The notes below the pieces were generated by a model. The model searched no databases and had not been told where the DNA came from. It saw only the letters and a list, made by a program, of their open reading frames with translations. Shown in pieces: positions 1 to 17,800 of a stretch of 40,975 bases of DNA; position 1 is the first letter of the stretch, and each line of letters starts with the position of its first letter. The translations under genes were made by a program, and so were the position numbers. The DNA comes from Klebsormidium nitens (lineage: Eukaryota > Plantae > Klebsormidiophyceae), in NCBI GenBank assembly GCA_000708835.1, contig DF237666.1, forward strand, positions 1-40,975, read 5' to 3'.

Positions 1-405
1 TATAAAATAAATTGATTGATTGACTGGTTTTCAACAAGTTGCAACTCAATGGACTTTACAAGGAGCTTGTTTCCGTCGGATTGAGAAGAAAAAGGACTTT
101 TAAGCTCCATCTACCGTCAAATTCACTACGTTGGCCAATGTTGTTCATACCTGGAATACAAGTTTTCAACTCTAGTTCTCAGCGATCATGCTGCGATGTG
201 GGCGGAGGCAGCTGCCAGAGGCTCTGGAGCGCATCAAGACAATGTCAATGATTCAAGCTGCATCTGCTCAACAATTGATCAAGTACAGCAGCCACCGTTC
301 GAAATGCGTTCCCACTCGGGCTGCTATGCTTCTTTCAGCTCCATGCAGCATCAAGTGCGGTGGCGCACGCGCTGAAACACATTGCCTGATTGGTAGCCCG
401 TGACG

Positions 406-5448
<5,043 letters not shown>

Positions 5449-6747
5449 GCGGTCCTAAACTGTCATTTTAGACGATGACTTCCCAACGTGTGTTGCGCGG
5501 TTGACCTAGGTAAATTACGATGTAACAACAACGGCCTACAAACAACCTGTCAGTGCACTTCTATCAACCGCACTCTGCGGACGATGGGGAGCGCTCAATG
5601 AGGATCAGAAGAATGATCCGTCAAAAATAATGAGGGCACAAAATTGGAGACAAACTAGTTGTGAGGGGGTTCGGGCAGGAAAGAAGAGCCCAATTGTTCA
5701 GCAACACAGCCGTACATGCACGCATGCGTGAATCCCCGTTCTGCATGCACCTGCTCATGGTAAACGTTGACTGAGTCCCCGCCCATGGTGACAGTAGTGC
5801 TACAGTGAGTTTCATTTAAGCAAATTCGATGATCCGCAACATCTCTAGTTTCCGTGAGCTATGGTGGCAAAAGAAACTTGTTCAAGTAATATCATGGAAT
5901 AAATGCTCGATATGGGCAACTTATTATCAAAGTTACCATACTAGAGTGATCATTGCTTCCATTTGACGCGGTCGCTGGCGTTGAGCTCTGATCCGATGTT
6001 TGGTTTGTTACTACTAAGTAGCATGACAGGCGCTAGCATGTGTGTCGGCCGGCACTGTCTTTGCAGGATTTCGTTTGTCTAACCCAAGACCCTAAAGACC
6101 GTATGCATGCACGGGAAAATTCGGGAGAACGAAGCGCGGCGAACTTGAACCGGGCCGGAGTTGACGAACTCAGAGGGATCCCTGGCGCGAGTCGACCGTG
6201 TCTGCTGCTGGAGTCCGGGCATGTGTAATATACGGCCCAGCCGGCTGAAATGATGCAGCGCGCGCACGAAAGAGTAAGACATCGTAACCGTTCTGAGTGC
6301 GCTGACTGACCCGCATCGAACGGCCCTCGAGGCCCGTCAAAACTTGCCCAGAAGGCGGCGGCCGGGCCCATCATATATGCGCACCCAATCCAGCACAGGC
6401 AGGCAGCCCAACTGAAGTTTGCGCTACTTTTCCCTACCGTAGTCTACCTGCGTAGTCTACCTTTCTCGCTACCTTTCTTCACTTGATAATAGCGTGTAAA
6501 ATGTACTCGCCAGACGGGGGTGCTTTTGGGCACAAAATTGCTCACCTTGTGAGCTTGATCTGAGTTCAAATTCAGTTTCAAGTTCGTGAAGCCGACCATC
6601 ACGTGACTGGTTGCGGTCTGTCGGGTGCAATGATCAGCGACGCCATCATTGTATGTAAGTGACATCTGTCAACAGCATGTTGTTTACAACTGCAATGGAC
6701 GCACGCAATGTGCAACGGGGCGCAGAAAGAGATTCTGAGAGCCAAGA

Positions 6748-9700
6748 ATGAGCTTTTTGGCTGCTGAAAGACCACTAGAAGTTCCTGTCGAGCAAGCTCG
6801 AAAAAGTACTGTTCCTGAGCTGTACTGTAAAGGATCTGTGAGCTCAACTAGATTTGATCAGTCGTGTTGAGGCACAAGCTGCGAAGGAAAGCTTCCGCTG
6901 CAGGGGATCACTAGCTAAGGAGAGGAAGCCCAATGCTGTGTATGCTGTGGTAAAAAACGGCTGAAGCAGGATGGATTCCAACGAGCGGAACGCCTCACAA
7001 GCCAGTACCAGCGCACCGGTACCGGAAGCAGGTCATACCTTCAAAGCTTCCCCGCTCCGAGGATCTCCCGAGCCTGGTATGCGGAGGGTGACAAAACAAG
7101 GTGAATGCGTCACTTTGTCCAAAATCGAGCTTCGTGGAGCTCAATTTCATGGTGAAATGTGACTGTATGCAAAGCTGAGAAGAAAATGATACCCGGGATA
7201 TTCTCAAACGCAGGAGGATCTGGGTCAAAATGCTCGTATTCCGCGTCCCCCTCCTCCACAGAAGGCTGTGCTCAACCAGGGCCAACAATGATGCAGCAAA
7301 CATAGACTTGCTTATGACATCAAAAAACGTGCACCCAAGTCAAGTGCGTATGTGCCATACCAGGGTTTCGTCGTCAGCAACCCATCATGTCCTTCAAGGA
7401 CCCTGCCACGGCTGAATAATCATTCCAGCTGAGCACATCAGCTGGGGCACTTGTCTATTCGAACATTCTCGCCGATCAGCAATCTTCACTTTGACAGAAG
7501 CTAGCCATGAGCTCAAGGTCCCCGTATACTTGATGAAGGGCGTTGACATCAAACCACTGGGACGTCTGCTAATACGAGGCACTCTTTTACACGCGTCGCT
7601 TTTTTGTTTCTGCTCTGCCTGCCCTAGGTGTATAAAGTTGGAAAGGACCTTTACAGGATGCAAAAGTCTGAAGAGGCTGAGCTCTAAATTCCTTGCATGT
7701 GCGTTCCTTCAGGGAGTACAGTGCACCAGTCTCTGGACGCTCTGGACCGCATTCTCAACATGACCAGCTTGGACGAATCCGAAGGCAGGATAGGGGAGCT
7801 TAGACAGCGGTGGAAGACGAGCGAACGGGATCAAGCGGACTGGCAGGATGATGTGCGGCAGTCTATGGCGCGCTGGAGCCTGCAACGGGCACGTGTTGAG
7901 GTCAGGAATAGGCCTTGCTTTCCATCTTGCAGGGATTGAAGCATTGAGATGGTATTGCTCTCCCTGGTTGCGTTTGCTGCAACTGGTGGCAACCAAAAAA
8001 GCATATCTAGAGAGAGACACGGCGCTCTCTTCTTCTCTGAGGCCCTCTCAAGGGCAGCTGTTTAAAAGAGCCAGGGGTTTTATGGACCAGAACTTTCTTC
8101 AGGTTCCGTTGGTTCATAACGTGCAGAAATCATCAGCATGGAGGAATTCTGATATGGTTGGCTCCCCATCGTACTCCAGACCGATTGCACAATACACGCA
8201 ACCTCAAAAATTCCTCTGGGATGTAGCGGCGCGTCTATCAACCTCAGCCAATAAGCTTATCACTAGACAAACCTTCATGTGGTCTTGTCACCCTTTGCAC
8301 CCTGGAAGAGAACCGTGTTCGCCTCTTTAGCGCCCGAACGGGCTCCTATCTAGCTGGAATAAACGGTGAGTCCGTTGATCCCTTGTGATACGAAACCTCA
8401 TTCTCACCCAACAGGAGGAGATTGTCCGGCGGCAAGAGGCCAGCCGCTACGCCTCCCCCGTCCCCCGGTTCCTGACCCCCGAGCAGTCGCGAGAGCGGGG
8501 CCTCTACCGACCAGGCCTGCGAAAGGAGGCCTCTCGCGAGTCGCTCGAGTCGGGGGAGAGCAGCGGCAACGAGTCCGACTGCTCCGTCAGCAGCCGGCGC
8601 AGCTTGTCGCCGTACCGGGACAAGCCCAGCATCTGCAACGGGTACCGGCCTGCGGGACAGCCGTACTGGGTGAGCGTCAGAATCGCTGACTTCGTTTCGA
8701 GTGTGGTAAAGACGCAGGTTTCCTGGTGTAGCTCCTGGTAGCTGTAGCTTGGGAAACCGGAGGTGTGGACACAAGGGCTGACGGCGTGCTAGAAAGGCAC
8801 GAGTTTGGCGGATGAGACACGGAAGATGAGTTGCCAAAGGCGAGAGCTTGTTACCAAAACCATAATTATACTTCTTCTAGGTCCCGTTGGTATCTCCTCG
8901 AGCTCTGTGAACATGCAACGGTGAGGTTGGAGAGTGAGTTTGGACAGCGCCAAGATTAGGGGGTGCTCTTTTCCCACTGTGACGGTCGACTTTTGTCGTG
9001 GACGTGGTGAACTTGGACCGTGAGTAATCCGCTCAGCAATCCTAGGACTTACAACGTGTTTCTAGTAGACGGTCCAGCTGAGAGAGTTCGTGTGTGCTAG
9101 GCCAGCACTCCTCGTGCCATATGAGATGACTTTATGCCTTCCCAGAACTTGGTCTCCTACTCAGTTGAGACCAGTGCTCATAGTTACCATCATGAGCAGT
9201 GTTGACTTCTTTGTCCGTTCAGGACCTCTCTTTTTGGAGTTTCTTGAAGGCTGACCGAAACAAAGTCCTCGCTGAAGATTGAAGTACAGATGAATTCATT
9301 ACAGGTTGGGCTGAAAGTTTTCGTGGACTCTCTCTTCTTCCACTCCCACGAGGACTTAGCCATCGTCAGCTTCCTGATGTGCGGCACAATCGTGGTACTT
9401 CCGAAACCAGAGAGTACTGGGACCTTTGGACTGTTTGGTTTCTTGGCTGAAGAGGGCGCGCTCTGGCTGCAGGTGCGGCAGCGTCCCTTCTCGGCAAGCG
9501 CAGTTCCCGACCGCCGAGCGACCCTGAACGAAGCGACCAACCTCGTTTCTGCTTTCAAAAGACGCGGAATCCGCATCTCGGAAGAAAGGGCCACGCGTGC
9601 GCTCCTAATACCTACTGACAAGCCTTACGAGGACTGCATAACCCGGCTGCCAAAACCAGGGGCGTATCTGACTGCCCGGCTGTCGACAGATGTGTCGTCA

Positions 9701-9787
9701 AGAGACAAGGGGAAGAAGAGCCCCAAAAAGGGGAAGAAGAAGGGTTCTGGAGAGAAGAAAAAGGGCACGAAGAAGGGCAAAAAGTAG
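6748..9787 (+). CDS. Uncharacterised multi-exon protein with a Lys-rich C-terminal tail; 5' exons uncertain
   Basis: Well-supported in-phase exons are 7713-7900 (..RWSLQRARVE), 8415-8669 (EEIVRRQEASRY..GQPYW) and 9473-9787 (VRQRPFSA..RALLIPTDKPYEDCITRLPKPG..KKGKK stop), all with GT/AG junctions. Tentative 5' exons are 6748-6837 (ATG..TCT|gtgagc), 6970-7100 and one ending CAA|gtgcgt near 7344. I could not resolve the join between ~7345 and 7712, so the start is a guess. The ORF-track start at 6971 is an alternative. Confidence 0.55.
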
Positions 9788-9860
9788 TGCAGATCGTCAA
9801 AGCCTGTCGTTCGATTATTGAGCTTTCACAAGTCATACCAGCAGAGCTACAGCAGTCAAA

Positions 9861-12800
9861 TCAACAGAAAGTCAGTCTCATGCAGCGCACGCGTACTTGT
9901 GGGGTCATTAGCTTTAGGGCAAAGCAGCTAGTGTAGCGTGTCGTTTGTAGCTCGGGCTGCGGCCAGCGCGCGAAGTAGCGCTTCATCATGGCACCGTCGT
10001 CAATGACGCACCTCTGTGCTGTGTGGCAGACGATTCTCCTTGAGAAACGGTACCATGCTTTCCTTGTCTACAACTGTGGACTGACAACTACCCCGCGGCA
10101 AATTTTAAATCCCCTAGAGTTTGTTCCATCATGGTCTTCTCGACCGATCATTGATGCACCTCGACATATACATACCAGTATGCGCAGGTGCGCGGATAGC
10201 AAAGCTCGCTTTAGGCTCCCCGGATCTATACTCGATCGCGGTGAATGCACCGGTTTAGCACGGCAGCATGCAATTGCATGAGGGTGATCGATCGATATAT
10301 GTAGACGCGCAGCTCCAGCTCCAGAATGATCTACAGAACTCGCGCACATCCTGTGCGATAGCGCGGGCGGCCACCTTACACAATGTCGACACCTATATTG
10401 CATCAATGTGGTATAAACACTGCACCTTTTGCAGCAAATCTGCTTCGAATCCGGAAATCCGTGTGTTCCTGCAGCTAGGTAGCTAGCTAGCTTATGCATA
10501 ACGGCTGTCATGGGAGGTGCCTTGTCCAAATCTGAGCTGGCTGCTTGCCTTATTTATATACAAGCCACTCGCATGGTTCATGGAACATAGTCTATCATGT
10601 GCACAGTGCCTGTACGACGCATGGAATTGGAAACCGCATGGCCTCGCACCTTGATGAACGCGTATCAGGCCTCTTCTCTGACAATGTTTGAAGGGCCTGC
10701 ACAGCTTGCAAGACCTTCGACAAGGAGTCCTGCGCCTCGGCGCACGGCTGGATTGCCTCCGAGAGTGCAGCCTTCTTTTGCGCCGTCCTCTCAACTTCGG
10801 CCCTGAGCCGAAGTTCTCTGACCTCAGCATGCAACATCCTATTTGTAGACTCTAGTTGAGCCCTCTCTTGATTCGTCTCCACCCTCCAGGCAGCCACTTG
10901 GGCAGCCACTCTATCGAGGACCACGCTTTCTTCATTTGCCCGTTCCAACTCAAAACGTAGGTTATCCTCCCGCATGTCTGGGAGGTCTTCAGCAACAGAC
11001 AGTCCGACCGGCTGAGATTCGCTTACTTCCATTTCTACTTCATCCCGCATGAACCAGGAATCACCAGAAAAAGCAGCAGAGGCTACATGGCTGGTGGACT
11101 CAGTACCTAGGTCTTTCACGTTCGGATCCGTTTGCATTGATTGGCCACGTGCTTCTTCAGCCACACCCCTTCCCGAAGCTCGAGCTCCCTCACGGTGGCC
11201 CATTTCGAAGCCTTCCCTGAAAGAGCAAAAGAACATGTTCCGTTAATGACAAGAATAAGCTCAGGTTCTGCTTCAAGAACCTCGAGAAAACCGTGCCTTG
11301 AGGTAAGGCAGGCAGAATAATCTGCACTTTCAATCGCCTATCCTGTTTGCTCTCAACGTCGTCCCTAGTTTCGACCGTCCTAAAGGCATGCTCGAAAGAC
11401 AATAATTCGAAACATCTTCTTCAGAGAAAGCCTGTGTCAGAAACGGAGCTCAAGCGGTTCAACAAAAGATGAAAGACGGCAAAGATACAACCTTGTTCAA
11501 GTCTGTATGTCCAAAAGACAGAATACAGGTTGACACAGGCATTCAAGTGCATTGGAGCAAGTTCTACCTGGAGTACCATACGCTATGAATCTTGTGCCAA
11601 CACGTTTAAGCATAGGCCTCAGGCCGTCAGGTAACCTTAAAAACGAAATCATACGCACCTCGCTAGGGAAGCCTGCAGAGCTGCCTTCGTGGCCGCCAGC
11701 TCATGTTCTGTCCGCTCCATCGCCGCTATCTTATGCTGCTCACACTCCTCCCGGGTCTGCCACACCTTCTCTTCGACCAGCCTGCATCCGAGAAAAGTCC
11801 AGAGATAGCAAGGTGACACACAGAACGCTCATTTAGATCATCATCGAGTCAAGCAGGCAGGCGGATTACTGTCGATTGTTGTTCAGTCCCCGCAAGCTTT
11901 GAACGCTTCCATGTCTGGCATTCAGACACGGCACAGTCTGGCCTGCTGATATCCTTAAACAAACAATCTCTGAGATCCAGGTCCTGCTGATCAAGTTAGG
12001 CGATGATACTGTTCTGGAGACAATCGGTTGAATGCTGATCCCAGCTCTATCCTCCAGGAGCACATGGCTCATTGGGCCACAAAGATATATTCTTACCTCT
12101 CTATGGCCGCCAGCTCAACGACCGTTGCTCCCTCCAGACTGCACTCCAGTCGCTTTGATGCCTCCAAAGCCCTGGCACAGCTTGCAGCTACCTGCCGTTC
12201 CAAAGCTTCCAACCCCTTGACCACTTCCTGCCGCCAAATAGAGGTCTCTTCTCCAGCCCCGCCTGCTTGAGACGCCATCAACTCCGTTTTGCATTTCCTG
12301 CTATTAGGGATTTCCGTATCAACATGCGCTGTGGGTGGATTTTGCACGCGCTGTGTGCTGCCTGCCTCTAAGCCAGCTCTGTAGGCTTCTTGAATCAGCG
12401 ACTGAAGAACGCCTCCGCGCACCAAGCGGCGCGCTGCCTCCTGACCCGCCTGCAGAGGACAAAGCTTGACTTTACCAAGACATTCCTGGGGACTTACTCC
12501 CAACACTTCTGGCCGTTGGTGGCCTCCTGCTCAAAGAGAGGGCAGAGCTTCTTGGATTATCGTTTGAAACCGATTTGAGCTGAGCAGGGAAAACGTACGA
12601 GTAAGAAGTTCAGAACTTTAGTCCTTGTGGAAGTTTGATCATTCCATCATTGCAAAGAAACAAACGGTAAGTTCCTGCCGATTGGCGCCCCACTCATCAG
12701 GGCAGATTGGTGAACGCTGCTGGGTCAAATTGGGATTGAAACCCAGTGGGCCTACAGCTTGGGGACACTTACCTCCCTCACCCAGCCTTGCAGGTTTTCC

Positions 12801-13754
12801 CACGGACCCACAGGTGTTTCCTGTGCTACTCTTTGAGCAGGCCCGGTTTCCAAATTCCCTCTTCCCATACCCTCCGTTTCTATTGGCTGCGGCCTCTGTG
12901 GGCGCCCTGAGGCAGCCGCATCCGTCGCGATGCTGCTTATCCGTGTGGAATTTGGGGGACCATCTTCCCGGACGTAAGGCCTCTCAACATCTGAAGGATG
13001 CGCCCCATTCCTTTCGCCCCTCATATACACAGCAACTCCATGCCAGCTCCGGAACGCTTTTTGCAGTAAAGCGATAGCATTGTGATCCAGCTTGACTGGT
13101 CGTACTGTTGCCTGTTCCTCCTGGCCAGAGCACAGCAAAAGAGAATTTCAGAACCTCCTTTACCTTTCCTCATCAAGTTCAAGGCATAATTCAATTGCCA
13201 TGTCCACCCCAGGTACTTCCGACATGCATAAGGTGCTTTAGACACAACATGAGCACTTGTAGCCCAATAAGATCTCAGTCCTGATAGTGCCCATCAGAGA
13301 AACTAGTGCCAGTGGGTCCAAGTAACAGCCTGAGCATACTTGAAGCATCTGAGACCAGCTGGTAACTTCTAAAAGCTTCAAGGAACCCATTTGCAAGCTG
13401 CTCTGTAGAAGCGGTGCACTGCAAAGAACGATGTCCACAAATATCAACTGGGCTCCAATCTGCTCTAGAATTGCGCACAGGATCGCTTACCACAGCTTTC
13501 TCTTTGGAGTGGCCTTTTTGGCTTTGTCCTTGAATTGCCACTCCGCTACTGGTGTTACTGTTTTCGAACCAGAGTCTATTCAACTGACTTCGTAAAGAAC
13601 CACGCTGATCCACAGGTCGCCTGCTTACATCTAGGCAGCTATCTGTTTGTCTTGTGTCGACTGCCACGGGGGTAGTATCGACCAATGATGATGCTGGCTT
13701 GGACAAGAAGTCATGCAAATCAGCCTTCCATTGCGATGCTTCTGGGTCCATCAT
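9861..13754 (-). CDS. Uncharacterised coiled-coil protein with Sfi1-like (LLxxxFxxW) motifs
   Basis: ATG at 13754. In-phase minus-strand exons are 13120-12773, 12449-12097, 11781-11659 and 11216-10650 (E/Q/R/A-rich heptads). Probable 3' exons are one ending at 10176 and 10067-9861 (TGA). Junctions are canonical (gtaagt, gtaaga, gtgcgt, gtgcga, gtatgt donors; cag or tag acceptors). Exon structure between 13629 and 13120 and the 3' end are less certain. Confidence 0.65.
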
Positions 13755-14077
13755 TATAGCCTGGAAAATACATACTTCATTGATGCTGGTATATTAATTG
13801 TCGGAGGCGTTCTGCATCGCCTGCAGGCTCGCGACCAATCTGCTTCCATCTCGCAGGCCTCTGCATCAGTCAGTGCTCCCCGGCCTATTACCTAGGCTGG
13901 CCTCCCAAATGCAAGGGCCGGAAGTGGGAGCCTCCATGCGGCTCCGCATGCGGCACCACATCATCAATAGATAACCTAATTACCTAGTAATACCTATGTA
14001 CCTAGGTACCTCCTTGGCAGGAGTCCTTGCCTGAGACTCAGTGAGAGGGTCCTTGCCTTGAAGTGCACAGCGACAAT

Positions 14078-14103
14078 GCGCGGGAATCGATTCAAATTTT
14101 GAA
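14078..14103. promoter_or_regulatory. Candidate E2F site next to an inverted CHR-like pair in the divergent promoter of gene 3 and NHX
   Basis: GCGCGGGAAT at 14078-14087 (reverse complement ATTCCCGCGC, fitting WTTSSCSS) is followed by TTCAAA-T-TTTGAA at 14091-14103. It lies ~330 bp upstream of the gene 3 ATG. Motif match only. Confidence 0.35.
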
Positions 14104-14154
14104 CCGCTGCAGCTGCGGCTAGAGCTTAGTTCGCGGCCGCCGGCCGCCCACGCG

Positions 14155-14173
14155 AGCACGACGTCGTCGTGCT
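14155..14173. repeat. Perfect inverted repeat AGCACGACG-T-CGTCGTGCT
   Basis: Two 9-bp arms around a 1-nt centre, in a CpG-rich intergenic patch that also contains GCGGCCGCCGGCCGC. Confidence 0.7.
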
Positions 14174-14891
14174 TCGCACAACCTTACGGGTAATACTGTA
14201 GATGTCCGCGAGCGATTTCCTTTTATCGAATGTTGAACCGTCGATCTTCTGACGTCAACGGTTCAGAAGCTCGGGTCATGAACTTATGTATACCGCAAAG
14301 GTACAGTAGCCCCAAGTAGGCCTCAGGAAAGTGGCCTCGGCCTCTCCCCACGTCCATGATATAGGTACCCCATTAAGGTACAGTATTGCACACAGCAGCC
14401 AGCTCATTTAAATACATTCATTCTAACAAGTTCTGTCCACATCATGCACAGGTAAAAAACTACCGGTAGGTCGTGAGCTTGAACTACGCCACAATGAACC
14501 CAAATCAACCTTGATCATTCTGGATCGACCACTTCCGAAGAACTGAACCGAAAGAGGAGCTGAACTTAGAAGTTAGAGCTCAAGCAGAGCGATCGAAGGG
14601 CAGCAGCTGGCTGCTCCACTCGACGTGAATGCAAAAAAATTGTCATTGTTGCAGGAAGGGACTAGGAATCAAGGCCACCCCTCCATAAGGTGCTGAGAGA
14701 CATACTGGTACGGCATAGTCTGTTCCTGTAAGCGTTCTGTAAGCGATGGCAGCTCGAGAATTTAGTAGGCATTGCAAATTGAGCTAGCCTGAGGCAAAGA
14801 AGCTTCCTGACTTGGTTCTCAATATCGAAGTAGCAGTTCATTTCAAGGAAGCGTAGTGACAGACAGGGCATTGCCTGATCTATTCGCAAGG

Positions 14892-17800
14892 ATGGACAAC
14901 TTGAATGACACCGATATCAACGTTGGTGGGGTGACAGGAAACACTGCGATCCCCATTCCATCGGTAAGGAACTTCCCTCTTCTGCACAGCAGAGCTCGAT
15001 TCTGTTCTAGACGAGTTCAACGTCTAGCTCAGGAACTTAGTACCAACTTGCATCATATTGCTCAGAACATTTCAATCGTAGTGCTTCAAGCTGTCTTGCA
15101 TGAAGCAGTGATTGTGAAAAATTTGACAGCTTTGGAGCATAATGGACAGTAACCTTGCAGCATTTGCCCTTCTTGCAGGCAGGAGAGGGTTATGATCAGG
15201 AAACAATTGCCAGTCTGGGCCTCATGGTTCAGTTTGTCCTCCTCGGAGTTGTATTTTGCCTTGGGCATGTTCTCAGGCGAAATAAGATCATTATAGTTCA
15301 TGAAGCTGGAGCGGCCCTCCTGCTAGGTGAGGAGATCGACTTACATTCCAAATTCAGATGAGCGTCCGGCAGACATCTCCTGAACGGGAGGTTCCTGTCT
15401 TGGCATGAGAAGATTTTCTAGCACAGAAGTTGTTTGCAAAGATTTCCATAGGCATTCGTTCAAAGCTGGAATAAGACATACTGCCAGATTCTTGCTTCCA
15501 GGCCCCAGCAAATAGTCCGCAGCAAGAAGAGAACTCTTGCAATGCAAGTAGCTGATTCTACAATTCCACACGTTTGTGCAGGGGTGGTGGTTGGGTTGTT
15601 TGTAAAGATGGTTGGCCAGGCTAGTGGGTTTAGGTGAGTCCCACTAGCTTCTCAGTCGTGGTTAGGAAAGCGAGCAGCCTTGAACCACTATGCTTTCGGC
15701 TTCTTGGAGGATGCTCATTTCAGAATTGTAGACTGTACTTTTTGGATGATACTTACCAAGGTGTAAATGCTTGGGCTTGACTGATCTGCTCACATCACCT
15801 GTCTCTTGAGGACAGAATTTCTGGCTGACTCTGTGGTGGTCATACCCTTGTAGCCAATGGATCAACTTCAACAACAACTTCTTCTTCTACTTCCTGCTCC
15901 CTCCAATCATCTTCGAGTCAGGCTGGAGCCTGCAAACGGTAAGCATTTGAGATGGGACATGCTGAGCTTTGCGTCTTTGATGACCCCTTAGCTTCCTGTT
16001 CCGAATTCTATGCAGAAGCTGACAAGCTACAAACCAATCCTGGCCTCATGCTCTAGCGCTTCCCTTGCAGAGTACCTTTTTCAAGAACTTCGGAGCAATT
16101 TGTCTGTTCGCATTCGTGGGAACAATCATATCGACCTTTGCAGTGGGGACAATCATGTAAGTTTCATCCCAGCACACTCATCTTTGTCGCAATACTAGCA
16201 GTAGGCACAACTAATAGATTGGGAGCTTTTAGACTACATAACGAAGTGGCGGTTGCGATTGATGGGCATTAGTACTTGCTATATTGGCAATTTTGACCTG
16301 TTCCGCTTTCTTCTCGTCGAGATTATACGCATCAGAAGCGTGTGCCCCTTATCAGTCATATGCTTTATGCTCAAATGAAACCGTCTGTTTTGCTCGCAGG
16401 TGGCTTTCAGGGCTTTGGGGGCTGTCCTTCCCGCTTCCTTTCCTTGAGTGCATGACTTTTGGTGCCCTGATCTCGGCTACTGACCCTGTCACGGTCCTTG
16501 CCATCTTCCACGTAAGGGACCGTGCCCACAGCTTCTCCCTTATACAAGGAACTTCTGCGACTTTCAAGTCGAAAAGCAAGTTGTCAGCTTCAAGTACGAT
16601 TGCAAACTTGGAATCTTCCATTGACGGGCTGTGCAGCTTGTCAACGTGGAATATCTGCATGGCTGTAATAAAAGTAGGGCTGCTGCCATAATGAGAACGT
16701 GACTCCATCCAGGACTCATGAACGAGCAAAGTTCATCGTGAGTGTCATCTCCTTCGCAGGAGCTTGGAGCGGACGGCAACTTGTACTCGCTCGTTTTTGG
16801 AGAATCCGTTCTTAACGACGCTGTGGCTATCGTCATGTACAAGTAAGAGTTTACTCGTCCAATTCGGCTTGGTTGTAACATGCATGCACTTCGCCCCCAA
16901 CGTTTCCTCGTCAAGTAGGACTTCAAGCTTCCAATATGAGTCATCTTCAGCATTGCCTCATGACTTCGACAGGACGTGGTGGATTTTCTACGAGCACTGA
17001 ATTCATACGCCCTCGTGTCTATGCAGAACTGTCCTGGCCTTCGTCTACACGCCCATCAATGAGCGCGGCGTCTTCCTGGCCATCTGGTTCTTCATCGTCA
17101 TCTTTGTTGGATCCACCCTCATTGGTGGCCTCGTCGGCATGCTCAGCGCCCTCGTTTTCCGCTTTGGAGGGTTCTCAGAAAAGGGGTGAGCACAAAATGT
17201 TCAGGCTCTGGATCTTTCCTGCCGTCTCCGACTTCTATCTCTTTCTGCGCGACATAAGCGGACTTCAATAAGGTTGTTGGAGGTTATACCAAAACCAACA
17301 GTGCCTAACTGTCTGCTTCCTGCATCCAAGACCTGTGCTAACTAGATCACCTTGACATCATCGTCACAAGGAGAGAGAGATTGCTCCAAAAGTTGCCCGA
17401 TCTCTAAAAGCTGTTCCTATCGTTCTGCAGGCTGCACGTCATTGAATGCTGCCTGGCGTGCCTCTTCCCCTACATCGCGTAAGTCGACCATATTCATTTC
17501 CATATTGTCCTTCAGCCATTCAGCCGTTCCCACTCCTTCTCGCTTGGTTCCAAAGAGGATCGCTGCAGGCTTATAGTACTGACCTGAATCGCTTACGGAC
17601 CGAATGGCGAGCCCTACTGTCCAGAAACTTTATTGGTTGGTAGTCAAGAACAAACGCGAACTCAAAAGGACTGATCTCAGCTTCTCTTTGCACGCTCAGG
17701 TATATGTTGGCGAACGCCTGTCAGCTGTCGGGCATCGTTGCCATCCTCTTCTGCGGCATTGTAAGTGCCGGTTCCACTCAAACATTCCGGAGACTTTTGC

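Noticed and set aside
5449-6747. ORFs 6033-6374 (-), 6040-6228 (+), 6444-6665 (-) and neighbours
   Set aside because: No recognisable motifs or consistent splice chain. Treated as intergenic or promoter sequence, though a small unseen gene cannot be excluded.
16973-17026. Upstream AG at 16972 as an alternative NHX exon start (ORF 16764-17000)
   Set aside because: It leads to TGA at 17000. The acceptor at 17026 gives the conserved transmembrane sequence.
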